From: Pseudogymnoascus verrucosus
Lineage: Eukaryota
NCBI GenBank assembly: GCA_001662655.1
Contig: KV460242.1
Length of the DNA: 64,000 bases
Strand: one strand, 5' to 3'
The notes under the pieces are model-generated. The model was given only the letters and a program-made list of their open reading frames with translations. It was not told where the DNA came from and did no database searches. Within the stretch, counting starts at the first letter, position 1. The number at the start of each line of letters is the position of its first letter. The position numbers and the translations under genes were made by a program. Positions 37,101-50,729 of the stretch are shown here, piece by piece.

Positions 37101-39010
37101 ACTATTTCGCCATACCCTGTGACTGGATCAGGCTCTGGAAGTGATGTGTGGGGGTCTTTCGTCCCAGTGCGGCCTCTGTTGTGCGGAGGCATTGAGCGCG
37201 CCCTTCTCGCATCGCGGCGATCATGGTGCATTCCTTCAATCTCCCCAGGTGAGTACTCCATACGGTTAATCTCAGGTATCCCGACGTTTGCGATAGTATA
37301 GTTCTGGTATCCCACTGTCATATCTGGACCGTTGAAAGGTGCTGCGATGTTTCCCGGGTGTGCCCGATTTATTTGAGGCTGTCGAAACCCTGGTCTCCGG
37401 GATTGTGGTGGATGAGAATAATGTCGTTCTGCCAACGGTTCAAAGGGCGGCACTATTCCTTGACTATGTATGATCTGGCTGTTGAAGATCTCAGCGTCGG
37501 GTTTCAGTCTCTGAGGCTGCAACTGGGGAGAATAATGTGGACGCTCCGATGATTTAAAGGGTGGTACTCTTCCCGAGATATCAACCTGACTGCCGAAGAC
37601 CTCAACGCCAGATCTTAGTCTCTCATTCTCCACTCGCAACTCTGAGTTGGCCTGCTTGAGTCTCCTTAACCTTGTCTGGGTACTTCGAAGTTGGTTTAGG
37701 TTGTTGTGCTTTTTGAAATCGGCGGAGAGGTGATGAAATATTCGATCTGCAATCAAACTGCAGTATCTGTCAAGTTCGCCGACTGAGACGAGGAAAATGT
37801 GTTCGAGGTTCTCTTGACTACAGTCTTTCCGAACCCAAGACAGAACTTGGGAGAGTTCTAGTTGGAGAAGTGAGTTGCTTCGGGGTGATATTGTGAGGTC
37901 AGTTATGGGAGCAGGTAGCCTTTCCTGGATACTTCTTATAACTGACGCGAAGGGGATGGTATCGTTTCTGAAAAAGAAATGGGTCAGAAAAGCTTCTAAC
38001 AGAAATATTTCAAAAAGACTGAGAGAGAAAGGAATTGCGGCGCAGTTCTAGGTAAAGACCTAGATAATTGATAGAACGTTATGGAAGCTGTACTAGTGAG
38101 GAGTGTTAATATAAAAAAGTGGTGTATTGGGTCCAAACACAAACCCGAGGAAATTTGCATTGTTATCACGGAATTGGCTGATGGAATGAAGCGGAAATGT
38201 ACGCAGGCCAATGAAACAGTTATACAATGGACGGATGGTCCCAAGGAGGGAACATATGGTGAATTGAGAGAAGTGGATGGAATTAAAGTGATAGGATTTA
38301 AATTGAGAGATCGAAGGTCAAAACAAGAAATCGCGTGTGAACAACAAGCGAGCCAGCATCCCTTTCTCCGTGCAAATGCCCAAAACAAATAGCCCAACAA
38401 ACGTGTAGAGGCGAGAATATTAGTCCAAAGAAAGAAAAGGCCATGCCACTTACATATCAGGACATTTAAACTTAGGCAGCTCCTCCAACAATTGTCTCAT
38501 CTCTTCGTCCTCCATTATCTCTTTATCATTTCTGATCATCTCGTCGGCACGCCTCCGGACTTCAGCCTCTCTTTCCTCATTCGCAGCCTCCTCGGCCGCT
38601 TTTTCCCAGTTATTCCGCCTATCGAAAATCTGCCATGCCATCGCCGCATCCCCGCCACTCTCGTCCATTGCCATATCCAGTGCAGGCAGTAAGGGTTGTT
38701 TCATCTCGAACGCATAATATGGGAAAGGTTCTAGACCCTGCTGATCTTGATATGCCCAGACCGCTTCCTCAGCTTTCATCTGTTCCCTGACCATGCGGCG
38801 ATATTTTTGTTTGGTGGCCTGGCGATGCTCATGGAGAGTACGATGGCAGTTTTCGGGATCGATATTATTGGGGGAGAGGGTGGGCTGGGGCCTGGGTGGT
38901 AAAGAGAGGTCGACCACGCGTAATGAGCGTGGGAGAGGTGGATAGCCAGACTGGTCTGGCTGGGGCATCCAGACCCCTTGCTGCTGATTGTATGGTATTT
39001 GTGAATTCAT
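34116..39010 (-). CDS. Large (~1450 aa) largely disordered protein with C-terminal RRM-like domains; predicted introns 37968-38453 and 36977-37026
   Basis: Three ORFs join in frame via GTAAGT...CAG and GTAAGC...TAG introns; C-terminal RTAVVVFMHTREARSF and RCILLSHIP...QALVEFANLQDAIQAY resemble RRM beta/alpha patterns. Confidence 0.6.
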
Positions 39011-39261
39011 CCTGTGTTGTTGGCTGAAAGAAATCGGCCCAAGGGTGTTGTCCGAGGTTGTGAAAGCAGAGTGGAAAGAAGAGAGTGTCAAAGTGAGTGT
39101 GAGGGAAGAAGATAGGAAGCGGAAGGAAGAGAGTGATACTGGGCAGAAAGAAGGCACAAGATGGAAGAAATGGAGTGAGGGTAAAAAGAAGATGGGGACA
39201 GGAAGATGGTAGGAAAAGAGCGATAGTGAGAGGAGATAAGGTTGAAGAGTCGGGTCTGGTT

Positions 39262-39397
39262 GAAAGGAAGAGATACGGAGAAAGGAAGAGATACGGAGAA
39301 AGGAAGAGATACGGAGAAAGGAAGAGATACGGAGAAAGGAAGAGATACGGAGAAAGGAAGAGATACGGAGAAAGGAAGAGATACGGAAAAAGGAAGA
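39262..39397. repeat. 18-bp minisatellite GAAAGGAAGAGATACGGA, 7 copies plus a partial copy
   Basis: Directly visible perfect tandem copies. Confidence 0.95.
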
Positions 39398-40819
39398 TGA
39401 AAGACGATAGTGAGAGTGAATAGAAAAAGACAGGTGAGCGAGGAAATTCTGTTTGGTTTGAAGTTTTGGAATATGGTCAACTCTGGTTTGCCTTCAGCAC
39501 CCTTTATTGCGAGTGAATATCTGGTGGATTTGTGCCGACTTTCGTCAAAAAGTCTTTGAGATCTAGAAGGGTGAAATATGAATATAAATGGGGCCAGGAA
39601 AACACGCCAAAAATATTATCTACTTCTATCGATAGAGTGCATGATCGTATGGGGTGAGTTCATGTTAGTTTGGGTTGGTTGCCAAAACACAGAAATCCAA
39701 AAAATAAAATGCAAAAAAACCAGACGACGTGTCTGGTGAAAAATCCACCCCATGGTGCCTCGAACCCGCGAATCCGAGAAGATGGTTATTTGCTTAAGGT
39801 GAGGGTGACCGCTAGGCCATGTGCCCTCTCTGGTTTCTTACTGCCTTGTCCTCCGTTATATAAGGGGTACGGAAGTAAGGGGTAGCTCCACATGAATGAA
39901 TGGGAAACAAAGAGAAGAAACAAGTAATCTTCCGGTAACAACGTGACTATTCCGTTTAATAATACACTTTTCGTAGACTATCACACGTACTTGAGCTTTT
40001 GTCTCCCATTTTGTGGAGAGCCTAGAATCCGAAAAATAAAAGTATTAGGGGGCTAATCATTAAAAGTCAGAATATTAAATTATTAAAATATTCCTCGTCG
40101 GGTTATTTAAACAGTAGCTATACCGCTTGGTATGCAGATAATAAATTCAAATACACAGAGCCTCTTCATTCTTGTTCGTTGGGTGAGAGTCCAGGATACG
40201 GCAGTAAGTGAAGAAGATCCCCTGCAAAACGTTGCATGGATATACAGTGCTCACGATTGTAGTTTCAGTCACCACAGGATAAACAAGGCCACATTTTAAA
40301 AATCATTTATATACTTTCGTATGAGCAGGTATGAGCAATTGTGAGCAAAGCCAGAGAAAAAGCACCATCCTTGCAACTGAATATTCATCCCCCAGAACCC
40401 CCCCGTTCCATCTTATCCAGGTATGCCACCCCCATATATCCACCATGGCATGTAAAATCTCAGAAAACTAATTTGGAAAATCAAGAACGCACGCAGATGC
40501 CAGACCCCATGAGAGACAATTATTCTTCGTGATAGAGTTTCGTATATACCGTGTCTCGGATCCAGCAGAGCGCGTGAGAAATATATAAGTATGTCATCGT
40601 ATTCGTAAAGTAAGTGACGTTCGCACAGCGATGCTCCGTATGGCAGAAAAACCGCACTGACTGAGAATGTGCCGAGACACAACTAGCTCTGGGGAGTCGA
40701 TGGCGATATGAAAGCACTGGCGGAACGTGAAAGGTGTGCTGCGGACTCAGATCGGAGAATGTGAGGCTAGGTTCCGAAAATGCCAAACGGCGAGTCGATC
40801 ACACGGTGAAGAATGAGAT

Positions 40820-42586
40820 TTAAGCCATGTCGGAGTCCATCTCACCATCATCTTCACCTTTGATACCCTCCGACTTGAGTCCAGGCGAAATTGGAACTCC
40901 ACCGTCTGAATTTTCCTCATCCGGAGTCTCAGCATCCTCCATGAGCTCATCGCGCTTCACGACAGCACCGCCATCGATGGCTTGGTCGATGGCCTTCATG
41001 CCCTCATCGTCGCTGGCCGAGGGTGCAGCGCCGTTGGAAGCCTCGTCAATATCCTCATCATCGTCAGCCGGAGCATCAGGGCCGTTCATGACCTCGTCAA
41101 TGGTCGCGGCGTGAGGGAAGCCTTCGCGCTTCTCTTTCAGATAGGCCTTCTCAATGGCCGCGGCAGTGTAGGTGTCACCACCAAGCTGGATCATGACAGT
41201 AGCCATGCGGCCGTATAACTCTGTTGCAAAAGCTTTGGTCACTTTCTGCTCGGCAACGAGCATACGCTCAAGCTGATTGGATGAGTTAGTCAAAGGTTGT
41301 TCAGTTGAGTCATGGCGAAAAAGGGAATTTAAAAAGGGTAAACAAAAGAGAGTAGCTCACATCACCATCCTTCCAGTCAGTGATGTTGGCCATCAGGCGC
41401 TTGTAGCGGTTGGGGAGAGTGCTAGTTCCAGGTGGCTTGCCGGTCATTTCACCCCACTTCTTGCGGATCTCAGGCCAGCCCTTGCCATCCTTTCTCCACT
41501 GAATCATCATCTTATCCTCATCGGTGAGCTGGTCCTTGGAGGTTGCGATAGCTGTGCCCTTTCCATTGCCGCTCTTTGGGGTACCAGCAGCGGCCTTGAT
41601 CTTCTTGGTAGGAGTGGTGAAAGGATCGGCCTCGCCATCTTCCTCAGCAGCGCGCTTCTTCTTGCCACCGGGGGTACCGTTGGCAGCAAGGGATGCCTTC
41701 TTCACTTTGGGAGTCATTGGCGCCTCAGCAGCGCTGACAGGGCTACTGCCGCCATTGGGCGTGGGAGCGTAATAGGATTTGACGGCAGAGGAATCCTCAT
41801 CTCCATAGCCAGGCATCTTGGCGCTGGCAATATCACCCACCATGCTGCTGACCATATCACCAGCCATATTTACATCACCAGCTTCGTCGTCGACGATCTT
41901 GTCCTCGCTCTTGACTTTCTTGGCATTCTTGCGCGGCGTCTTGGGAAGAGACTCTCCATTTGGACCAGTCTTTGGCTTTGGCTCAGCCTTCTTGCGAGGA
42001 GGCTTTGCGATAATAATTCCATCCTCATCCACCTTGGGCGCAGGCTTCTTGCGAACTGAGGTGGATTTGACGACTGGAGTGCCGTCTTCGTTGAGCTCCT
42101 TCTGCTTGGCATTCTTGCGTGGGGTTTTGGGCACAGAAGTGCCGTCCGCATTGGTTTGGGCGTTCTTGGGTTTGGGTGAACGCTTCTTGGTGGTGTTTGA
42201 GCCGGGTGCCGGTGTTGCGGGGGAGGCTTGTTCTGCGGTCTGAGATTGTGTTAGTGCGCCCAGTAACAAAGACAGTCAAGATCGATCTTGGACAGGGAAA
42301 GGAAGAGATGTTTGTGGAAGGCAATGCAGTGTGGAGTTTGTGGTTATAGATAGACGACGTGGTTTCATGCCGTGAGATCGGAGAAACAGGAAATGTGAAA
42401 AGATGTGATGTTCATGGAGTTCAATCCATTCCGAGACGACAAGACGGTTAATGAACTTACCTCAGTAGCATCAGCATCGCCGACGTTGTCCTCCATATCC
42501 TCGTCTTTGTACAAAACAATTGCCTGAGATCCCATAGGGGCCTCGTCTTCAAGAGGGAGGTTCACGGCAGTGAAACCTTGCGACAT
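40820..42586 (-). CDS. Lys/Pro-rich nuclear protein with Myb/SANT-like domain; 3 coding exons
   Basis: LTDEDKMMIQWRKDGKGWPEIRKKWGEMTGK..GTSTLPNRYKRL Myb-like helix pattern; TPRK/TPKK repeats; acidic tail; GT-AG introns near 42240-42460 and 41273-41360. Confidence 0.7.
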
Positions 42587-44022
42587 GTTGTTGGAGATGT
42601 ATTGGGTCTATCAAAGAAAAAGAAGCAGAGTTAGTTGAGATTCAGCACAATAGATAACGTTGGTGTTGATAATGATTGAAGTCTTGGTAAAAGGCAGGAG
42701 ACTTAAGATCGAAACAGCAATGAAGGGAGTTGGACAGAAGGTTTGGATTTTGAGGCTTGTGGGGGTCGATCTGGGGCAAAGAGTGATCGACCGTGCAGGA
42801 GGGTTCGATCTGGGTTAGGGAGTGATGGGTGGTGCTTACCTTAGGTTGATTGTGTTCTTGTGTTATGAGGAATCAAGGACAAATAAGCTTCGGGGAGTAA
42901 CTAAGGAAGCTGAAGTATGGTGGTGGAGCTTTGAAGAAGGTTGTTGCTGAAAAGGAGGTACTCGAGGAAGAAGGTTGGTGTGAAGTAGTTGCTTGAAGAA
43001 AGAAGTTGAAGATCTTCCAAAGAAGAAGAGCTATTGTAGTTGTGAAGAAAGTGATTGAGGAAGAAAGGCTGTTGAGGAAGAAGGGTTGGTGATGTGAGGT
43101 GGTTGAGAAGAAAGGTTGTTGTGAGGGGGTTGAAGGAAGAGTAAATGGGTGAAGTTGAGATCGAAGGAATAAAATAGAAGTTTATACCAGAAATCTTCAG
43201 ATCCCAAGGTTCTCTTCTCACAACTTCTCAATAGTACTGTGAAGAAAGAAGCGAAACCTGAGGAAGGTAAACTGTGTATTGTGTTCTGAATTCAATAACC
43301 GCAACAATGGGAGAGATGCAGATTAAGCAGCGAGCAGGATCCCAAGAACATGAGAACTTCCTCGAAAGAGAGAAATGGTGATTGATGGTGAGCATTCCAG
43401 GAGACACCAAAGTCAATATATCACTACTGAATATCACTCTGAGATATCCGGTTTCTAAACCTGTGCCATCCCACCATTTACTCATAATAGTAACTTGTGC
43501 AACTTTCCTGAGGCTGCTGGACTTCACTTGGACGTCAACAAGATATGCACCAAACAAGTGACTTTATCCACAGGATCTGTATATAGGGGGGTTAATTTGA
43601 ATAGAATAGCACTTGCTTGATCTTTCAACTTCAGAAATATATATTTTATATTCCATAACCCAATTTGGTCTGGATGGTATGAACGTTTCCGACAGAAGAC
43701 AGACTGCTGCCGGGTTCAAAAACATAAAGAACGCAGGAGAAAACTTATCCCCCGCTTCAAGAAGAGACACAGCAGAACACCAACATTAAACACCACATTC
43801 TGAGATAAAAGTGTAAGAGGTGAGGTAAGAGATAATATACACATACTCCAATAAAATCTCGCAAAAATGGTATATCCACCAACTCCAGACCCAACCTAAG
43901 ATCCTCCCCCAGCTATGCAAACCCTCCCTTTCTACCCAAAATCATACATCCCCTCCCCCTCCATATATACACCCGCCCCATTATCCTTCACCTTGCCGAC
44001 ATCACATGTCGCTCGTAAATAT

Positions 44023-44958
44023 TCACAAATACCTCTCATCCGTATACGTCTTCGCCACCACCTCCCTCACCAAACTCTTCTCCCTCCTAACCCCCGCAAT
44101 CTTCGGATCCACCGCCACCAACGCCGTCGCAGTCGCATACTCCCCATCATGAGAAATACTCACACTAACCTCCACCCACCACCCCTCCGCCCCCGGGAGC
44201 TTCACAAACGCCCTCGGCGCCTCCCCCACCACCGCACCCGCACCCTCTCCCTCCCCCCCCGGCACCTCCTCCTCCTCCCGCACCCCTGCCTCCCTAGCCT
44301 CAATCCTCACCGCCGCCTTCCTCGCCTCCAAGAGCGCCAACTGGGTCTTCGCATTCAAGATAACAATATCATGCATAAAGACCTTCCCCCCCCCCGGCCA
44401 CGCCGCCGCAACCGCCTTAATAACCGCCTCCTTCGCGGCCCACCTCCCCGCCAAAAACTTCGCGCTCCCATCCACCCCGCCCGCGGCTTTCCAGCCACTA
44501 TACCGCGCCTCGAGGGGGGAGAGGGTGCGCGTCCAGAAGCGCGGCATGGCGCCCTCGACGTAGCCTGGTTCGGCTAGCTGGCTCACGAGGATGCGGTGGA
44601 TGCGAGGGATGTGGCAGATGTCTGTGCCGATTGTGTATGGTGGGGGGGAGGGGTGGAGGAGGGCGGAGAGGAGGCCGGGGGGGGTGGTGGGGTGGGGGAG
44701 GGAGGTGGGGGAGGCGTCTTTGACGTAGCGGATTTTTTGGGAGAGGGGGATGGAGTTGAGGAGGGCGTGGAGCTTAATGTTGGGGAGGTCGTTCTGGGAG
44801 GGGGAGGAGGTGGTGGTGGAGGGGTCGTCGTGGTTGGGCGTGTAGAATCGCTTTTGAACTGGGCTGGGACACGAGACTGCGCCTATGGGTTGGGATTGAC
44901 GCGGTTTGAGGATGGAGGCTCCGCTCCGTAGGACGGAAGAGAGCGTTTTAGACGACAT
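44023..44958 (-). CDS. AcpS-type 4'-phosphopantetheinyl transferase (mitochondrial holo-ACP synthase, PptB/Ppt2-like)
   Basis: IGTDICHIPRI, FLAGRWAAKEAVIKA and VSISHDGEYATA motifs; Ser/Arg-rich N-terminus resembling a mitochondrial presequence. Confidence 0.88.
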   Translation of the reverse strand: MSSKTLSSVLRSGASILKPRQSQPIGAVSCPSPVQKRFYTPNHDDPSTTTSSPSQNDLPNIKLHALLNSIPLSQKIRYVKDASPTSLPHPTTPPGLLSALLHPSPPPYTIGTDICHIPRIHRILVSQLAEPGYVEGAMPRFWTRTLSPLEARYSGWKAAGGVDGSAKFLAGRWAAKEAVIKAVAAAWPGGGKVFMHDIVILNAKTQLALLEARKAAVRIEAREAGVREEEEVPGGEGEGAGAVVGEAPRAFVKLPGAEGWWVEVSVSISHDGEYATATALVAVDPKIAGVRREKSLVREVVAKTYTDERYL

Positions 44959-45616
44959 GGCGAAATAGTCCGAGGGGGGTTTGCACCTCAATAATCGATT
45001 CAATCCAATCCTCTCCTCTCCTCCTGGCTCAGTGGACGTCGTCGTTGCCAAATAAAAGCTTCAGAGCTTGGGCCACCCCGCGATGCTGAGTATTAAAGAT
45101 ACTGCACTACATACAATGTGGTTAGACTACTTCTAGTGGGCCTAGCTCCCCTGTAGCTCCACTTGGCGTAGCGCGGCTTCATCCACATCGCCAAAGCACG
45201 TGATATGATCAAGCTCGATTTCAATAAAGCGAGAGAAACATTTTTATATTTATTTAAATTAAGCTAGAACAGAGATCAAAGATACGTAAGTTCCATACTG
45301 CTCAATCTGTATTCTGTGTCAATCTGCTCGAATAGATCCTTACGTCCTCCAAAAAAACTCCCAGACATGCATTTGAGAAAAATTTCAAACTGAAATCCAG
45401 CGGGAAAACAAAAACGAGCAGTCATCCATCCATCCATCGCGAAGAGCGGAGTATTAAGTTCATTCAAAAATGAGCGCGGACGTGATCCAATCCCCACAAT
45501 AAAACATCAAAAGCGAAGCACTCGTAACTGACCATATAGACCATAAATCCATAAACCCTTTCTGCAGCCTTGCGGCTTTCTTTGACACACGGAGATTATC
45601 CGTCCTCTTGACTGGT

Positions 45617-46654
45617 TTAGTTGTCTTCCAAGAGAGGAGCTCTCTCCTGGTCCTCGGCAACAACTGCCTCGCCTCTGGTGAAGCGGCCGCCAAAGATCTC
45701 GGGGAGGGTGATGACGAAGGTGGCGACGAAGAGGGTGGCCATGATGGTGAAGGCGAAGATCCACTGGAAGGCGATGACTTGGCGGAGAAATTGGCCGACA
45801 CCGAGGGAGGCGCTGAGGACGCTGAGGGAGAAGCCCATGGTGTAGTCCTGTGATGGTGTTAATATAGCTTTTTGGGGGGTCTACTACTTAGAAAACTAAC
45901 CTTGAAGGTGACGAGGAAGAAAAGTCCGTAGACAAGGATACCCCAGACTGCGACGTTGGCAAGGATGCGGCCAAACAAGCCCTCGGCGTTGAAAGCAATA
46001 GCTCCGTTCCAGTACAAAGCAACGAATGCCCAGGCCAGGGGTCCCGAGACAGCTGGGAGGTGGACAAAGCGAGGCAAGGCAGGGTAGCGGAAGTAGAGCG
46101 ACGACAGGTTGAAGAAGTTGACGATGAGGATCAGCTCAGCCCAGACGAAGTGGGAGCGGACGAAGAGCATGACGAAGCCGAAGTGGAGGAGGTTGTTGAA
46201 GATGAAGTGGCTCCCGACTGAGGCTGCGGCCTGGACATGGTCGGCGTTGGGGGAGAACAGGTGCCAGATGTAACCACCTTGAAGGACGAAGAGCAAGATC
46301 CTGGAATTTGTTAGATGTGATGCACCAATGAGAAATATCAGAGAAGCCTACCAGTAGATGGATGCAATGCACGAGTTCAGGGCAAAGGCGGTGTGGTGGT
46401 GTCTGTTCTGGCCCCAGATTGTGCGCTGCTTGGTAACATCATCGTCTGGCGCGTGGAAGGTGTAGTAGACGCTGGAGACGACGGCCAGGAGCCATGACAA
46501 CGTGGTAAAGATCTTATACCAGAAAATCGTCTGGGCGTCGTGGGTCTCGCGCTTGGCGAAGGGGTTAACTTGGGAGGTGGTCAGCATCGTTCCTGCACAG
46601 GTAGAGTTGTGGGTGTAGTGGAGTTTGCGGCTTACTTTGGTGGAGTCTATCCAT
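45617..46654 (-). CDS. DUF1774 family membrane protein, 4 exons
   Basis: Spliced MDRLHQINPFAKRE..., LSWLLAVVSSVYY, TIWGQN, ILLFVLQGGYIWHLFS, VGSHFIFNNLL, SGPLAW, QWIFAFTI, ending ERAPLL. Confidence 0.8.
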
Positions 46655-49212
46655 TTTGATATGCTGCACGGCGTCTCGAGAACGGTGTCAAGAGTATCGG
46701 GGGCGTCGGTGTGTTGGAGAGTGGGGAAGAGCGGCTGTGAGGAACTGAGTGAACTTTCCGACCCCGAACCTGTCTGCAACCTTGCTTGGAGTTAGCTTCC
46801 TCTCGGTGTAGGTAGAACGAAGGCGAAGGAGTAGAGAACGTAGAATAGGATTGCACGCTTACCTTCTGTACGGATTACCTGTGTTCGTAGAATTGTGAGG
46901 AAGTTGAAGAAGAAGAGTCAAGTAGAGAGGAAGGAGAAGGTGCTTGTCCCTTCCTTGTCCTTGGTTTCGACTAGGCTGGTGGTGGTGACTGCGTGGAATC
47001 AGGGTCTTCCAGGGTCGACGGTGTTAGTATTATGTTAGTGCAAGAAGGAGCAAGAAGGAGCACATAGCAAGGAAGTCAAAGGAGAAGATTTAGAGCAAGT
47101 AGTTAGTGTATTTATTAAGTATCTTCAAGACATTTTGAAGCAGAAAAGCAGCAAAAGCCTGGTACAAAGACTCCAAAGACAGCTACCCGGCTGAAATCGA
47201 TGACGTACCGTATTGTAACTTATACATTGGGGGGGTTGGAGGGACTATGAGCCAATGAGACGGGCGAATTATAGTCCGTCTTGGATGACTAATCAGATTG
47301 CCACCAATGACACGCATGCTGTTGGCGACAGGGAAATCAGAGTATGTTGGACTTTGTATACCCTCATGTATGTACTCGCTCTAGAGGCCGCTTTGGAGCA
47401 TTTCTACATACACATACCACATACCACACACAAACTACACACTTAACCCTTCTCATCCCGTACTGACACCCAGCTGCATGCACCAATATACACCAATACA
47501 CCAGCGCTACGCCACTATAGGATGTCCAATTGCACCACATGCCATATCTCGACTGCAAGTAGAAGATACTTGCAGTGTAGAAGCTCTACGCATCCAATAT
47601 CGTACATATTACCTTGGTGGTTCAGCTTGGAACGCGTATGCTCCAATGCTCGAACCCAGACCCGGCCAGTTTGATCGGCGAATGAGGTGCTCTTATTGCC
47701 CATGGTGCATTCGGTGGTACTACTCCCTCCCCCTTCATAACGCATACTGTGCAATACTGCGCAATACACAATACGCAACATGCAACAGAGGAAGATCCGT
47801 CAACGCCCACGACTCATCTCATCCCACCGCCACTGATGGCCGCCGCCCTCCATGAAACACGCAACCAAGGGGAGCGTCAAATGTATCGGAGCAAGCAGCC
47901 AATCCGCGCGTCAGACGTTGGGAGGCGTGCTGCCCATGAAGCTGTATACGGCTGTATCCCCAGGTCTGAACTGCGGGGTACCACCGAAAGTGTACGGAGC
48001 GGCGACTCTGGTCCTGCAAAGCCATGCAAACTATGGCCACTACGGACAGTCACCAGACATCCCAGACATCCTAGACATCCTCAAGGTCTCACTTCTTAGG
48101 TAACCCCCACTCTCTGGCACGGACTGGTACTCTCTAGCTGTGCTTGACAGGTTATACTTGGCATGTATAATCCCAGAGAGCAACAGTAGTAGCCCCCCTC
48201 CTCGTTCCGTGCCGTAAAGGGATGTCGTGACCGCTCCATGTTGATCATGGCCTGTGTGTTGCCCGTGGACGTTTCGTTTCCCGCTATTATCATCATATAT
48301 CGTTTGATCGTCGTCTGGTCCTTGTCGGAGATCGAAGAGTCAACCCCCCAACGCCGCACGGCATCCCGAGTGCTTCTGCTTCTCATATTTCCAAACCAAG
48401 CATCTCACAGGCGCCCAGTCCCTTGGGTAACTCTGCGAGCGACGCGGGACAGAGCCTGGTTACCATAGAATGGTTTTGCTGCATGGTGGCATAGTGCACC
48501 ACAGCGATCTTGGTCCACCAACGCCAGCGCTTCCGCCCCCACCATCAACCCATCAAATCCATTATGGCCTGTGCTTTGTGTGCTTAGCCTGAGTCAGCTC
48601 CACAAAGGCATGATCCATATAAGTTTGGAACATGGTGATATCTGACCCTATTGTGTAAGTTAGCAATGCTATATCTACCTAACGTGAGGGATCATGGGCT
48701 TGTGAACTGGTTGTGCAAGTCCCGTGCAAGTCACGCCCAGCGTGTGCACAGAGATGGAAAGCTCCGCGGTTACCGCCTGTAGAACGTAGAACTTGAGGCT
48801 ATGCCATGTTCCCCCGAGCACGACATCAAACAAGATACGACAGTCACTAATGTTGTGTGAAATAAGCAAGGGCGGTAATAACATATTAAGGCAATCTCAA
48901 TCTCCCAAAACATTCAAATATTGAAATGATTATTCATCTGAAGAACTGCACCTTCCACCTTGCATCTTGCATCTTATCTGTGGATTTAATAGATCGCTTA
49001 AAGTAGACTAGCGCCTTTCAGCCACTCCCCGCGTTTCGGAGGCTGACCCGATTGCCCCAGCCACACAGGCTGCTCCACATGCTACTAGTCATCCCGCCAG
49101 GTACAGTGCAGGACCACCGCCTACAGCCTCTTCCACGACTCATCCTCTCCATCAACCTTCAATATCGCTGCCCTCATAGTATACTTTCACAAACACTCAT
49201 AGTCCGCCCATC

Positions 49213-50434
49213 ATGAAACTCACCACCCTATCCGTGCTGGCCCTATCAGCCTCGGCCATCAACGCCCGCTTCGTCGAGAAGCACGAGACCGACCAAGTCG
49301 TGCTCACCAGCGACAGTGGCGAGGATGCAACAAAGTATCTCATCGAGCTCTCCCCCGGAGAGACCAGGTTGGTGATAGAGGAAGACAAATGGGATCTGAA
49401 ACGAGTAAGTCCGCCATTCCGCCATCCCACGCACCCGATGCTAACTGTTTCCCCAGCAAAACATCAACTTCATGGACATCACCGACACCCAATCCCTCGG
49501 CTCCTACAACATCCACACCAGCAAGAAGCGTGTCTTCCCCGCAGCACCCGTGCACCAGACCAGTCTCGAGCCCCTCCTCAAGACCCTCTCCAAGTCGAAA
49601 ATGCGGGCGCACCTCGAGAAATTCACCTCCTTCTACACCCGCTACTACAAGTCCACCTACGGCGCTCAGTCGTCCGCATGGCTCCTCGAGACTGTCACCG
49701 AAATGGTCGGTGCTGCGGGGGCTGATAAGCACGGTGCGCATGTGAAGCACTTCCCGCACTCGTGGGGGCAGAACAGCGTTATCGCTACGATTCCGGGACA
49801 GAGCGATAAGACTGTCGTTATTGGCGCGCATCAGGATAGTATTAACCTGTTCCTGCCTGCATTCCTCCCAGCGCCTGGCGCGGATGATGATGGATCAGGA
49901 ACGGTTACCATCCTTGAGGCGCTGCGGGTGCTGTTGGCTGATGAGTCGGTTGTGGCGGGGAACGCAACAAACACCATCGAGTTCCACTGGTACTCTGCGG
50001 AAGAGGGCGGTCTGCTCGGCTCCCAGGCTATCTTCAGCGCATATGAGAAGGAGGGTCGTGATGTGCGGGCTATGTTGCAGCAGGATATGACTGGTTATGT
50101 CCAAAAGACTCTCGATGCCGGAGAGCCCGAGAGCGTGGGCGTTATCACTGATTTCGTCGACCCGGCGTTGACGGAGTTCATCAAGACGATCGTGACGGAG
50201 TACTGCGATATTCCGTATGTGGAGACCAAGTGCGGATACGCTTGCAGTGACCACGCATCGGCGAGCAAGGCGGGGTATCCGTCGGCGTTTGTGATTGAGT
50301 CCGACTTTAAGTACTCGGATGATAAGATCCATACCCAGGATGATAAGATTGAGTATCTCTCTTTTGATCATATGCTGCAGCACGCGAGGTTGACGCTGGG
50401 ACTGGTGTACGAGCTCGCGTTTGCGGAGCTGTGA
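49213..50434 (+). CDS. lap1: Secreted leucine aminopeptidase 1 (peptidase M28); intron ~49405-49457
   Basis: Signal peptide; [51 protein letters not shown]. Confidence 0.93.
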
Positions 50435-50729
50435 GTACGGGATAGGGATGTTGATGTCTGTGGTTGATGGTTTTAGTTATACGGGTTGAGATTGGAATTT
50501 GGGCATGGCGTAGTTAGTTGGAGTTTGAAGTCAGGTTTAGAATAGCGGTTGCATCGAGTGCAAATCCTAGAATCTCTCCTAACTTCCACTGTCTTCCGTG
50601 ACCAATTCTCATTCTACATGCCATGCCATCACACAACAACGATAAGTCAAAGCCATAACAATCTTAACATCTATACACTCTAACCCTCTAACCCATTTTT
50701 ACCCTGTTTCCAGAAATCCACACAGAAAT

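Noticed and set aside
39088..39480. ORFs with (FSVSLP)n / (GERKRY)n repeats
   Set aside because: Translations of the 18-bp minisatellite, with no evidence of coding
44023..44958. PPTase as a marker of a secondary-metabolite cluster
   Set aside because: It is AcpS-type (mitochondrial fatty acid synthesis), not Sfp-type, and there is no PKS or NRPS in the window
46900..49150. Cluster of short ORFs or a possible ncRNA
   Set aside because: No coherent coding pattern or recognisable RNA structure; treated as a long divergent promoter region
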